Origin: Octopus bimaculoides
Lineage: Eukaryota
Direction of reading: 5' to 3'
Assembly (NCBI RefSeq): GCF_001194135.2
Contig: NC_068998.1
Coordinates: forward strand, 44,614,853-44,671,091
Length of the DNA stretch: 56,239 nucleotides
Made by a program: the position numbers and the translations under genes. Under the pieces are notes generated by a model. The model had not been told where the DNA came from and searched no databases. It was given only the letters and a program-made list of their open reading frames with translations. This document shows positions 34,619 through 47,311 of the stretch, in pieces. Positions within the stretch are counted from its first letter, which is position 1. Each line of letters opens with the position of its first letter.

Positions 34619-34815
34619 TACAAGCCAGATGCTGTAAAGTTCCCGGCTTTGGGTAAAAGAAAATACAGGAGGATCAGTTAATTATTTTATTCAACATACC
34701 TCCTTATCAAATTCACAGACTTATTACAGCGATCCTTCAGATTCTCTAAGCCCTGTAAAAGAACTTGGAATGTTGGGCCTCTAACCAGGCCTTTTGCGGT
34801 ACTCAAAGTCAGGAA
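34619..34815. mobile_element. Mariner-derived MITE (second lineage)
   Basis: TA..GCTGTAAAGTTCCCGGCTTT / AAAGTCAGGAACTTTTCAGCACCCACTCA-TA; minus strand LQGLENLKDRCNKSVNLIRRYVE* is a mariner-type C-terminus; a partial copy lies at 44840-44908. Confidence 0.85.
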
Positions 34816-35196
34816 CTTTTCAGCACCCACTCATATTGGTGTTATGGTGGGTATATATGCATTTCTTGTAGCTGAGAAATCTATTCTCCATGTGGTCGGT
34901 CTCTCTGTATGATGTATATCTCAAATAGTTTCCAAAGAATCCATTGCTTACATTCAGTGATCGATGAAACGATCCAAGACAGTGTGGGTAGATTCTGATT
35001 TGAACATTGCGTATCAGTGCCCTACATAATGTGTGAACTCAAAGTGTGGCAGGTGGTGAGTGTTCAGTTGCTTCCTCTGTTCTGTCTATTCTATGTCTCA
35101 TGTTGTTACTGTTGTTCAGTGCCAGGTCAGATTTGATCAAGTAAAACCTATTATCAAACAACACTATTACAACTGCTCACCATACATACATACATA

Positions 35197-35358
35197 CACA
35201 CTGGGCTTCTTCCATTTTCTGTCTACCAAATCCACTTACAAGGCATTCATCAGTATGAGGCTATAGCAGAAGACACTTGCCCAAGATGTCACGGAATTGG
35301 ACTGAACCCGGAACCATATGGTTGGGAAACAAGCTTCTTACCACACATCCACACCTTC
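35197..35358 (-). mobile_element. SINE family C 5' half
   Basis: ctaccaaatccacttacaaggc..gaagacacttgcccaag..gactgaacccggaaccatatggttggg..gcttcttaccacac. Confidence 0.9.
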
Positions 35359-35520
35359 ACCATCCATAATATCTATTTATGACCCTTCAAGTGGTCAGCA
35401 ATTTAAAGATTGATAAATATGTTTTAATGTGTGTGTGAGTGTGTAAGTTTTATGCCTTATCCCCCGTCCATACGACAACATGCACAGCTGTTTGTGCACA
35501 CACACACACTCACACACACA

Positions 35521-35562
<42 letters not shown>

Positions 35563-35920
35563 TATAAATACACCCACTCATGAAGGCATACACGTAGACA
35601 AGCAATCTCTAAGTAATTTGTTTGATATCTTCTTTTAAGTCAGACACCTCAAATTCATTCATTTGTTTAGCGGGAATATTCATAAATCTTTCCTTTTTAC
35701 GACTATCCTGCCATAATAAATAGAAAGACAAATATTTGTCTGGCTTTCTCTTCTGCTATTGTCCAGCCTAACACAGCAGTAGTGGTGATGGTGGCAGTGG
35801 GAGTAGAGGCTGTGGTGGTGCTGGTGGCAGGACAACTGTCCACCCCAATGTATGTTTTATTAATACTGCTGCATGTGTTGGACAGTGATAAATAGTGAAC
35901 AAATAATTCATCAAAGCTAC

Positions 35921-35956
<36 letters not shown>

Positions 35957-36048
35957 ATATATGTATGTGTACATATATGCATACATATATATATGTTTAT
36001 ATAAGTATGTATACATACATATATATATTTCTACACATATATATATAT

Positions 36049-36104
<56 letters not shown>

Positions 36105-36157
36105 GCATATATATATGTATATGTCTTTGCAGCTTTATTAATATAATAGATACTCCT

Positions 36158-36372
36158 TTGCTCTTTTACATGTTTCAGTCATTTGACTGTAGCCATGCTG
36201 GAGCACCACCTTTCGTCGAACAAATTGTCCCCAGGACATATTCGTTGTAAGCCAGGTACTTTATTCTATAGGTTGCTTTTGCCGAACTACTAAGTTTCGG
36301 GGACATAAACACACCAACATCAGTTGTCAAGCGATGGTGGGGAAGCAAACACAGACACAAAGACATACACAC

Positions 36373-36413
<41 letters not shown>

Positions 36414-36640
36414 NNNNNNNNNNNNNNNNNNNNNNNNNNNNNNNNNNNNNNNNNNNNNNNNNNNNNNNNNNNNNNNNCACATGAAGGGCTTCTTTCAGTT
36501 CCTGTCTACCAAATCTGCTTACAAGGCTTCAGTCTGACCTAAGCTGTAGCAGAAGACACTTGCGCAAGGTGCCATGCAGTCGGACTGAACCTGGAACCAT
36601 GTTGAGAAGCAAGCTTCTTACCCCACAGCCATGCCTGCAG
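36158..36640 (-). mobile_element. SINE family C, full length; internal (TA)n contains an N-gap
   Basis: Tail 36158-36365, microsatellite plus gap 36377-36477, head 36480-36640. Confidence 0.9.
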
Positions 36641-36641
36641 C

Positions 36642-36713
<72 letters not shown>

Positions 36714-38059
36714 CATGGATCTGTGTTTCATTATATATTTTAGATAAATATTATTCGGTGCATTGCTGTCAAGAGCAGATGTCAATGTTAAAATTAAAAG
36801 TACAGGTTTTTTTTTAATTCTACGTGGATAGAAAAGTAAATCCATATATGTATTTTCAGTTATTATTAAGTTCTCATCAGTGATTCATTACCCATTGCTG
36901 TTCACAGAGACAATACTAACTTATCTAATTGAATCAGCATATCTCATGTTTTATCACCTCATTTAATATCTCCTCCTTTATACCAGATGTCTTACTCTTC
37001 TCTTGTGACTCTTACTTACACAGACCTCTACCATCAGTTTTCTCGAATCATTATATATATTATTTATTGTATAATTCGATATTTTACAATGTATTTCTAC
37101 AAACAAGTGTATATCTAAGTATATGTGCACATGTGTGTGTAAACAGATATATATATATATTACAGTTACGTATTTGATGGTAATGTATACATGCAATCAT
37201 CAGAGTTGTTATACCTTAGAATTTGGTCAGATGTCAGATTTATGAAAAATATCCTTAAAAAAAAGCGGCATTGGGATCATGTGCTATGCATGTGTGTGTG
37301 TGAAATGAATAGGGTGTATATAATTGTATATATTGTGTTTAGGTGAACAGAGGGTATATAACTGTATATGAGGTGAAGCTGTATATAGTAAGTGTGTGGA
37401 ATACAGTGTTGTTTTTGTAAATACATGTGTGTTTAATATAACTCTTCTCACTTACACACTTATCATTAAAATGAAATTAAAAATACATTCTAATTTGTTA
37501 CATATCGTTTTTTTTTTTCTTTTAATGTTCAACATTTGTATAAGTAGAAGTGAAAGTACCCAGCGTGAGAGATATTTCACCATCATTAAGTATTTAAGTA
37601 AGATTTTTAACAACCATTAAATGTTTAGGTAAGATTTTTCACTAGCAGCACATACATTCTAAGGTCCTTGAAGCACACAATTCTTTGCTTCTCCTGAATA
37701 ACACAGGAGCATTTCATAGGCACCATCCTTTCCACTTAAGTAAATGGTGAAAAATAAAAAAAAACTATCTGAGATCCTTAATTCTGAAAGTGCCAGTTTA
37801 CTGTGTTTTACAGAAATATCTTGTAGGATTTTCTTTGAAGTAATGTTGTTATTTAGCAGCCTGTCTCCCATCAAGGCTGAATGAAAAGACCTATGATTAA
37901 AAGCATTCCAGCTATGACCATCCTGAAATACTGTATCCGGGTACTGAATAAATTATTTAAAAGTTCTCCAGCTTTCAACTGAAATACTGACAAAGGAACT
38001 TCTAATATACATGCATACATATTGATGCACACACACATATATACGCAGAAATACATACA

Positions 38060-38692
38060 CATAGGTGCAGGTGTGGCTCTGTGGTAAGAAGCTTGCATCC
38101 AAAGCACATGCTTATGTGTTCAGTCCCACTGCGTGGCATTTTGTGCAAGTGTCTTCTACTATAGACTCAGGCCAACAAATGTTTTGTAAGTGGACTGTTG
38201 TGTATATGTGTGTGTGTGTGTATATGTATATATGTATGTACGTATATGTGTGTGTATATATATATGTATATATATATATGTAAATATATATGTATATATA
38301 TATGTATATATTCAGTACTTCTTGTAATAGGTAATAAACCAGTATATCCATTGGATTTTATTATCCTTTAATGAGGTTTGCAATGTTTATTTGAACTTCG
38401 ACTAAAGGTGGTGCTCCAGCATGGCCGCAGTCAAATGACTGAAACAAGTAAAGAGTAAAAGATATATATATATATATGCGATGCATATGTATATCTATGT
38501 GTGTGTGTCTTTGTGTCTGTGTTTGTCCCCCACTACTGCTTGAAGACCAGTACTGGTATGCTTACAGCCCAGTAACTTAGCAGTTCAGCAAAATAACCTG
38601 ATAGAATAAGTGCCAGGCTTACAAAAATTTTTGAAGGTGGTACCCCAGTATGGTCGCAGTCTAATGAGTGAAACAAGTAAAAGATAAAAGTC
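38060..38692 (+). mobile_element. SINE family C composite (head, microsatellite, tail, second body plus tail)
   Basis: Head 38060-38200; tail 38398-38462; second 3' half 38500-38692. Confidence 0.85.
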
Positions 38693-38769
38693 ATACATAC
38701 ATGCAAGGATATTAGAGGCTTAACCTGGCTTAGAAATTTTTTTGTGTGCATGTGTGTGTGTGTGTAGGC

Positions 38770-38806
<37 letters not shown>

Positions 38807-40139
38807 CATGTGTAGGTATATATGTGTGTGCATGTGTTTGCATGTGTAAAGGCATACATGTGTGTGTGTGTGTGTGTGTGTCTGTATTAGTATAATAATA
38901 ATAATAATAATAACAGCAGCAGTACTAGGATTGTGAATTAGCAGAAATTCTAAACCAGTAAACTATATGTGAATTACTACAGTACTGAATATATCAAACT
39001 TTTACATCTATTACATTTATATTTAAATTTTTTCATCTTTTACATCCAGTAAATGGTCAATTTAAATTTGACCCACATTTAACAAAATATATACCAGTAA
39101 TATACTTGGGATGATACAGATGCTTGTAACCCACCCGAACCCAAACCAGCATCCCCTAAAAGAATTGAACTCCCATCCAGTCAATTAAATATTGTATTTA
39201 GAAATCTTTTAAGATCATGTGTGTAATGTTTCACTTACGCTTCAAAAGCCAATGATTTTTTAAGTTTTATTTATATCAGTTTTTATTATTATTATTATTG
39301 AAAATACAATTTATAATTAATGGTTATGGACAGAATGAATATAGGTTAGCCCCAACTTATGTTCTGTGCTTTGAGAGAACATCACAAAATGGGTTTCTGT
39401 TACTGAAAGTAATTAAAAATTATTGGAAATATTGCTTCTTACAGAATAAAACACTGTACTGGATCAAACAAATATGAGTATATTAGCTTGCATTGATTAC
39501 TTGAAATTAATTCAAAGTAACAAGTAATTAAAAAGAGGAATAGAAGAAAAACGCTGTGAGAAATTAGTTGCTCAGTATGGTTTTATTTTTTATTCATTCA
39601 TTTGTCTTTTTGCTATAAATTTTAATTCAATTGATCTAAAAGCCTAATGGTAAATTTTTAAGCACTCACAACAAGGTAGAAGCCTAGAGTTCATATAGAA
39701 GATGCGTAAAGGTGACTTAAATGCATGACTCGCTGATGTCAGATCTGAAGCATATTGAAATGGAAGCATTCAGTTTAAAGCTGGGGTAAGCTTCTATGAA
39801 GTCAGGTCAGGATTGTGTCACAGTTTTGATTTCTGCTGCAATTACCATTTTACTGTACCTGGTGCCTTTATACAGTTTATCATAGTCGGTAGATTCAAGC
39901 AAGATGATGTCTATCTAATTCATTGACTTAAAGAACAATGAGATAACCACTATAACAATGTCTATGCTGTGCATATAATCAGTGAGTATTTTATTAGTGC
40001 CTGTACTAGTAGTTGGATTTTACTAGTTCCTGGAAGATAAAAAATATAATGCTCTCAACATAAGACAACTCTTTACTAATACCTACGGCACTCAAACTGA
40101 TTATTGGTGCCTATACAGCACTCAGTCTTTACTGCTGCT

Positions 40140-40312
40140 CACTAGCATAGCTAAGGTGGGGTGGTAGGCGTTGTCTGCTCTGGGTGGCACTTTTAAAGGG
40201 GCACCACTTTTGGGTCTGCTGTAGACAATATGTGACTTTTGCGGGGTCCAGGAGTGGCAAATGGAAGGGCCACCCTGGGCAGCACACACTCCAGTTACAC
40301 TAGTACTATTGC
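40140..40312. mobile_element. GC-rich MITE-like remnant
   Basis: gcatagctaagg..ctctgggtggcac..ccctgggcagcacacactccagttac resembles CAGTGGCGTAGC-type hAT MITE ends; eroded, no TSD. Confidence 0.45.
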
Positions 40313-40589
40313 CTGTACTAGGCAAAATTGTGGCTAGTACCTAAACAAAATTGTGGCTGGTACCTAGACAAAATCTATACCAATGTCCATACTAGAAAAG
40401 TCTAGTACTTATATTGTTGATAAAGTAGACAATGATAAGCATTTTGCCTGGTGTGCTAACAATTCTGCCAGCTCACCACCTTGTATGACAAATATTAAAG
40501 TGAGGATGGGCACAACACAGTGAAAGCAGTAGGTTGCTCTGTTTTGTTGATTTCAGATAAAAGTGCAATACTCATAGCTACCTTTCAAT

Positions 40590-41000
40590 CAGGCATGTGC
40601 CATCTGTAATTACTCAGGGTAGGCAGTTGGTGACATTTATGTAGTATAACACACAAAAAAATAAGCGAAACACAGGTGTGTGACTGAGTTCGAGGCAGAT
40701 TTACTTTTGCCTTTATAGCACGTAAAGTAGATGTTGTTGTAGGAATGTACACACTGCACATGTACCTCAGCAATACTATGCATAGTTTTAATACTGAGAT
40801 TGAAAGGCAGGGGTGAATTATGCCTACCTAATCTACCAAAAAATAGAATATTTGACATTTTATGCATAGTAATCAGAGTTACCTTCATAGTCTTATTGAA
40901 TTATGTACATATTTTGCCATAAAAGGAAAACTGTTACTATTGATCTATTTTATTCAAGGTAGGCACTGTCTACCTTGCCTACCTAGGTGGCATGTCCCTG
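40590..41000. mobile_element. hAT MITE with 8-bp TSD
   Basis: TIRs CAGGCATGTGCCATCT / AGGTGGCATGTCCCTG (12/16); flanks CTTTCAAT (40582-40589) and CTTTCAAG (41001-41008); repeated ggtaggca/tgcctacc subterminal motifs. Confidence 0.85.
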
Positions 41001-41599
41001 CTTTCAAGTCTTCTCAGATTAGGGAATTGCTAAACCTTACTGAGTTAGATATGTTTGATATCCAGATTTTATATTGATAGTTGGAGGGTGGGATATATAT
41101 TGATAAAGGAATGGGTTTCAGAGGGCTATAGTTCTTAACATTACATTAAAGAATAAGGTTCAAATTATATGAACATACAGTATATTTTTCACTGCCTCAA
41201 ACCATATCATCGAGGCAATGAGTTCACTCAACCAGCTAGAACCACCAACCAGACTCCCTCAAACCACACACTACCATCTAAAAATAAAAGGACAGAGACT
41301 GGATGATTACAGTTAGTATAAATTTGATCGTTGGTCTGCTCAATTGGGTGAAACCTAGAGTTAAACAACACCAGACATACATCTCCTCATCTATAGTAGT
41401 AAGACTTGAAGACATATCCATGCAGTACAACTTTGAAGTTCATAAATATTTTGTCTTATATCTACAACGTGGACATATTCATGTACAAGTTATTCAGACC
41501 CTTAAACTCAATAGCTATATTGCCTTGTGTCTGAGATTTGAACACATGCCCATATAGTAAATTATTTATTACTTCAAACCACAGCAGTTTTGCCTTAAA

Positions 41600-41905
41600 T
41601 GGTGTTCTGTCAGTTATGATGATAAATGTTCCACTTGATCTAATCAACAAAATAGCCTGCTCATGAAATTAACATGTAAGTGGCTGAGCACTCCACAGAC
41701 ATGTATGCCCTTAATATAGTCCTCAGAGAGACTCAACATGACAGTGAATGTGACAAAGCTAGCCCTTTGAAATACAGGTACAACTCATTTTTACTAGTAA
41801 AGTGAACTGGAGTGATATGAAATACTGAGACTTGCTCAAGGACACAATGTGCTGCTGGGTATCAAACTTGTGGCCTTATGATCATGAGCCAAATATCCCT
41901 AAGCA
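41600..41905 (-). mobile_element. Chimeric SINE: B-type head/CORE-like body with A-type tail
   Basis: 41600-41780 matches the family A 3' half (gtggctgagcactccacagac); 41785-41905 matches the B head/body (gtgaactggag, cttgctcaaggacac). Confidence 0.8.
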
Positions 41906-42611
41906 CTTTACCTTACATACAATTGTTTAAAAAATAGTTTTAAAACATTTCTGTAGGATATTAAAACAAAGCAACTATATCACAAATTATACTCTTTATT
42001 TACCTCACATGAAAAAAAATATCAATTTCTAATTTTAATATTGGAACTTACTTTCCAATATGTAATCAATGAGTCCATTGCACGACAATAGGGTTGTATC
42101 TCTATTTTATCTTTACTTACCATCAGAACCAGTGCCAGAAAACATGGAAATTGGGGAAAATAAGAAAATCTTTGTTGTGATGTGACTAAGGGAACAATAG
42201 TTCCTAAAGCATTGCCAAATGGGTGAATAGAAAAACATTGTTTGTTGTTAGGGAGTCAGTGAGGATGAAATATAAATATGTTATTAAAATATATAATTAA
42301 AATACAAAAAAATCTAGCTTTGGAAGCGGGAAGAAAATTAATTAAAAAGTACATAAAAGTACAATATGGATTAATCTTCATGTAGCTTGAGGCTAATTTA
42401 CAAAACTATCATATATTGTATTAAATTGACATCAATGTACAGCTGTTTTATTGAGCTAGCAAAGGACTTGCTATGGAGCCTTTAAACATGCTAGAAATTG
42501 CAGCCACAGTTTTCTCAATATCATATCATCTTCAAAGCAGGCTGGATACATTAGATAAGGAAGTCTCCTTTTCAGTTATTTAGTAAGCACAATGAAAACA
42601 GAAATCATACT

Positions 42612-42780
42612 CAGTGCTGTTCAAAGACATGGAGCACACCGGGCAGCTGTCCAGGTCCTCACTGGTCTAGGGGCTCAATTATGATTTATGTACATTGTAG
42701 CTAGGTGTTAATAAATATATACTATAGGGCTCAGTGCACTGATTTGACTGTGGGTTTGTAATGGTCTTAAGTCAGGTCTG
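42612..42780. mobile_element. hAT MITE with 8-bp TSD
   Basis: CAG...CTG termini; flanks ATCATACT (42604-42611) and CTCATACT (42781-42788). Confidence 0.7.
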
Positions 42781-42889
42781 CTCATACTCCTCCCCAGAGC
42801 TCACAATCCTGCACACCACACAAATAAATTTCAAGTAGATCTTGATGCGGCAATTTCTTGCTGAACAACCTACTCTGATTATTTGTTTA

Positions 42890-43085
42890 TACTCATCAAA
42901 TGTTTGAACCCACTATTCAAATTCGACTTTGGCTGTACAGGTGCACAGTGTGCTACACATCAAATGTCAAATTGATTGTAAAGCAGTGTGAGATGAAGAG
43001 TTTTGCTCAAGAAAACAATGCACTGCCGAGTTTGGGAATTGAAATCAAGACCTCATGACTGTGAGTACAACACCCACACCACTAT
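42890..43085 (-). mobile_element. SINE with B-type head/body and another tail
   Basis: ttttgctcaagaaaacaatgcac..gggaattgaa..ctcatgactgtgag; the tail (gtgtgctacacat) differs from B and B2. Confidence 0.6.
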
Positions 43086-44222
43086 GTATATGCATACGCA
43101 CATGACCTGTAACTGCATTTTGTAATACATTTGCTATAACCGCAGGGATCCATGTGATAAATAAATGAAAGAATTATCAAATTATCAGCAGTTGCATGTG
43201 CCTAGGAGTCCCTGAAGCATGAGCACCGCATTATTGCTGATGATGTTGTTCTGTGTCATGTTCCATGTTGTTTTGTTCTTATTTCTTCATTTTAAATCAC
43301 AAGTAATTTCTCATAAAACATCATCAACACCAATAACACCAACACCCCCAACAACAACAACAACAACAACAACAACAAAATAAAAACCAAAACAAAATAA
43401 TCGTAAAAGAAAAACCTGATAATATAGAGAAAAAAATATTAAATTCATCAAAATAATGGTAAAAAGTAAATGCTGCTACCGTTGCTGCTGTCATTACTAC
43501 GATTCCCTGATTAATAGATTCCTTAGAGAACATATGTCAATAGAATGAACTTGTAAAGTCCTCAAGCTCTGACAACATCATTAGAAGCAGAAAAATAACC
43601 CAGCGAGCAGTTGCCAAGGGAACAATAATTCCTGTTGCAACAGCTTTTAATGAAACCGACGAACAAACCAAACCGAACCAATGAACCAACTAACGATATG
43701 CAACTACTGTACATAATGCAGAAAACATGCAGTTTTACATATGCAAGCACACATACACATACAGCCAGGCATGTAGACACACATACGTGTAAAATCACAA
43801 TTTTTTAAAAAATTGGTTAAAAAAAATTACAAAAAAATAAAAAGTGAAAATATAACGGTAAGGAAGCTGGTCGATTATTTTTTAATTAGTTATTATTGGC
43901 ATTAATATGATGGCCTGAGCTGAATCTGCATCATGTGATCAGGTGAAAATGAATATTTAATTCACAAGAAAATGTCTTTATTTATTCATAAATAAATTTT
44001 TTTCTTCTGCTGTATTCGTCTTTGAAAAACCTTACTTGGACTCATTAGTATCAACTGCTTTTTTTCCTCTAGTTGTAGTTGTTATTGTTGTTTAGCCCAT
44101 GGTTGGTCTTCCTTCAATAGGTCCATGATCAAAGTCATTCTGTGAGTGATCATCCCTACCTTGTATTCAAACATTGTGTGTCTAGAACTCTATCATGCAA
44201 TGGAAGTGTTCTTCTTTTTTAA

Positions 44223-44444
44223 CCCTTTCGATACCAACCCGGCTGAAACCGCCTCTGGCTCTGTAGTACAAAAAGTTTGTGTTCATAAGTTTTGAATTGA
44301 ATTATTCCACCAAACTTTAGTCACAATTTATGTTCCTAACATTAGCTTAATGATAACTAAGTTATTTTACTAAATTCTTTGGTATATTTAAAATTAATTG
44401 AAAGAAACACAAAGTATCTCAAAATAAATACAGTAACGAAAGGG
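44223..44444. mobile_element. piggyBac-type MITE (F2), well preserved, 222 bp
   Basis: TTAA-CCCTTTCGATAC ... GTAACGAAAGGG-TTAA: 11/12 TIR match and a perfect TTAA duplication (44219-44222, 44445-44448). Confidence 0.95.
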
Positions 44445-44601
44445 TTAAAGCTTCAGATCAGTCATAGACTACCTGTGGCCCGTGGGCATTCCTTAATGAC
44501 ATACCTAACAGAAAATTTCCCTGAATTACCTTAGTAGTGTGACCTACCTGGTAACGAACCATGTCCCATGTCGTCCCCATCTTGAAAAAGGTTACCCTTA
44601 C

Positions 44602-44653
44602 CTGCTTTAGATTATAGCTTGAGGAGGGTTTTCTGCTCTGGTGGCTCTCATCT
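44602..44653 (-). other. Candidate 52-nt spliced exon (hypothetical)
   Basis: ctcctttgttggttcatag|AGATGAG...AAAGCAG|gtaagg; only one frame is open (DESHQSRKPSSSYNLKQ). No protein family recognised. Confidence 0.35.
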
Positions 44654-45454
44654 CTATGAACCAACAAAGGAGCCTCTATTTAGTTGTCCAACTTGATAGA
44701 AATTGTAACCAAATATCCCTCAAATCATTCTGTGTCTTCTTATAACTGGTTAATGAGATACACTATCTTTTTTTCTTTTCCGTTACAAGTTTTAGTCATT
44801 AGGCAGTGGCCATGCTGGGGCACTACCTTGAAGTGATTGAACTTCCAAGTAGGCCTTTCATGACACCATTAAAGCCAAGAACTTCTCAGCACCCCCACCC
44901 ACCGTATATAATTTGATAATGAGACACACTTTGTCTGAAATAAAATTAAAAAACCCTGAATGTTATTACTGAAGCACCTTTGATCATAACTTTGATCAAT
45001 CAGGTATGACCTGGCCTAAAAAAACAACAACAACAAACTACATGTGCATTACCTGAGATTAATCATTGAGCAAAAATTGTCTTCTTACTGCAAAGGTATT
45101 TCTAATTAGCTATTTAAGTTCTCGTTACATTAATTATGCCAACACTAATTTAACCACGTACACATTAGTGTCTCTCTCCTTGGGGGTCTTTGTCCATACA
45201 TTTCACATTTGTTCTTCGTTATTTATTCCTGGGCATTATGTTGATGGTTTATTTATATACTGTTCTCATTAAAGAACAGTATTGTGCTTCCTTTTCGCAT
45301 TCCACGTTCCTTCTATCATTCAATTTTTAGTTCATTATACTATGCGGTTTGTGCCTGGTGATTGTTTTGGGATATTACACATGCTATAATTTATCATTTG
45401 GCATTTTCTCAGCACAAGAAACTATTAGTAGCACATAAAACCATTTATTGCATC

Positions 45455-45488
<34 letters not shown>

Positions 45489-45591
45489 NNNNNNNNNNNN
45501 NNNNNNNNNNNNNNNNNNNNNNNNNNNNNNNNNNNNNNNNNNNNNNNNNNNNNNNNNNNNNNNNNNNNNNNNNNNNTGTGTGTGTGTGTGT

Positions 45592-45925
45592 GAAAGAGCA
45601 TGGCTCAGTGGTTAGAGCATCGAGCTTACAATAGTGAGGTTGTGAGTTCGAATCTCGGACTGGGCTGCGTGTCGTGTTCTTGAGCAAGACACTTTATTTC
45701 ACACTGCTCCAGTTCACTCAGCTGTAGAAATGAGTTGCGATGTCACAGGTGCCAAGCTGTATCAGCTTTTGCCTTTCCCTTGGATAATACTGGTGGCGTG
45801 GAGAGGCAAGGCCGGTATGCATTTGCGACTGCTGGTCTTCCATAAACAACCTTGCCCAGACTTGTGCCTGGGAGGGTAACTTTCTAGGTGCAATCCCATG
45901 GTCAGTCATGACTGAAGGGGGTCTC
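45592..45925 (+). mobile_element. SINE family B, full length
   Basis: A box TGGCTCAGTGG, B box GAGTTCGAATCTC; CORE-like gtgttcttgagcaagacactttatttcac..cagctgtagaaatgag; tail ends gaagggggtctc. Confidence 0.92.
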
Positions 45926-46293
45926 AGTGGTAAGAAGCTTGCTTTCCAGCCACATTGTTCTGGGTTCAGTCCCACTGCATGGCACCTTGGGCAAGTGACT
46001 TTTACTATAGCCTCGAGCCAACCAAACCTTATGAGTGGTTTTGGTAGAGGGAAACTGTAAGAAGCCCATCATATATAGATATGTATGTATATATGTGTGT
46101 GTTTATGTTCATCCCCCTACCATCTCCCGACAACCGATGTTGGTGTGTTTATGTCCCCTTAGGTGAGAGGTTCAGCAAAAGAGACTGATAGAATAAGTAC
46201 TAGGCTTACAAAGAATAAGTCATGGGATTGATTTGTTCGACTAAAGGTGGTGCTCCTGCTTGGTCACAGTCAAACGACTGAAACAGGTAAAGG
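45926..46293 (+). mobile_element. SINE family C missing about 15 nt of its head, abutting the B copy
   Basis: Starts agtggtaagaagcttgctttcc immediately after the B tail; complete 3' half. Confidence 0.9.
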
Positions 46294-46453
46294 AATACAT
46301 GAAGTCTCCAAAATCTTTTAAGTGCTTAGGGCCTCTGTAGGTCTTAATCTTACTCTGAGGTTAATTATTGCATTCTTGTATTTTCTGTCTTTTCTGTTTC
46401 CATTTCTCATCATCTCTTGCCCCCCTTCAATCCTCCTTCTTCCTCTTTTCCCA

Positions 46454-46484
<31 letters not shown>

Positions 46485-46857
46485 ATTCCCTTACACATCT
46501 TGTTTTGCTTTGTCTCTGTTTTCATTATTTAAGTTACTTCCACATACCCCCTATTAAACACACGCATACACATGTACATATATAGACTTACATGTAGACA
46601 ACAAACACACACATATGCATGCATGCACACACACATACACACAAATATATAGACAGAAACAACTATCTAACTCCATAAACCATGATTATCTTGTAAGGAT
46701 GAATCTAGTTGATCATACCTTCAACATGCTACCACCACTAGTTCTAAGGTCTCCACTACCACACCCATCTTCTTCCTTTCTTCCACTACCCTTTGCCACA
46801 CTCTCTACTTCACTGTTCCGTTTTTATCAGCAGACCAATTAGAAGGAAATAACTTAC

Positions 46858-46883
46858 TCCAGATATTCTACATCCTGTACCAT
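46858..46883 (-). other. Candidate 26-nt microexon (hypothetical)
   Basis: About 58-nt AG-free pyrimidine-rich tract ending cttgtgacag|ATGGTACAGGATGTAGAATATCTGGA|gtaagt. Confidence 0.3.
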
Positions 46884-47155
46884 CTGTCACAAGACCAATT
46901 AAAAGAAAATGAAGACAGATGACAAAATGGTTTTGATGACAGTCCTAGCAGCTTCTCACACCTGACAGAAACTATTATTATTATTATTATTATTATTATC
47001 ATTATTATTATTATTATTATCAAGGTGGTAAGCTGGCAAAACAGTTACTGTGCTGGACAACATGTTTAGCATCATTTCAAACATCTGTATATTCTGATTT
47101 CAAATTCCAGCAATGTGAATATGCCTTTCATAAATACTAGACAGATGCTCATAGT

Positions 47156-47193
<38 letters not shown>

Positions 47194-47247
47194 GTATATA
47201 TATATATATATATCCAAATTTAAGGAACGGTGTAAATAAAATTCAGA

Positions 47248-47309
<62 letters not shown>

Positions 47310-47311
<2 letters not shown>

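Noticed and set aside
43219-43383. Signal-peptide plus Thr-rich small ORF (MSTALLLMMLFCVMFHVVLFLFLHFKSQ...TTTK*)
   Set aside because: The hydrophobic stretch comes from T-rich DNA and the Thr run from (AAC)n; there is no independent support.
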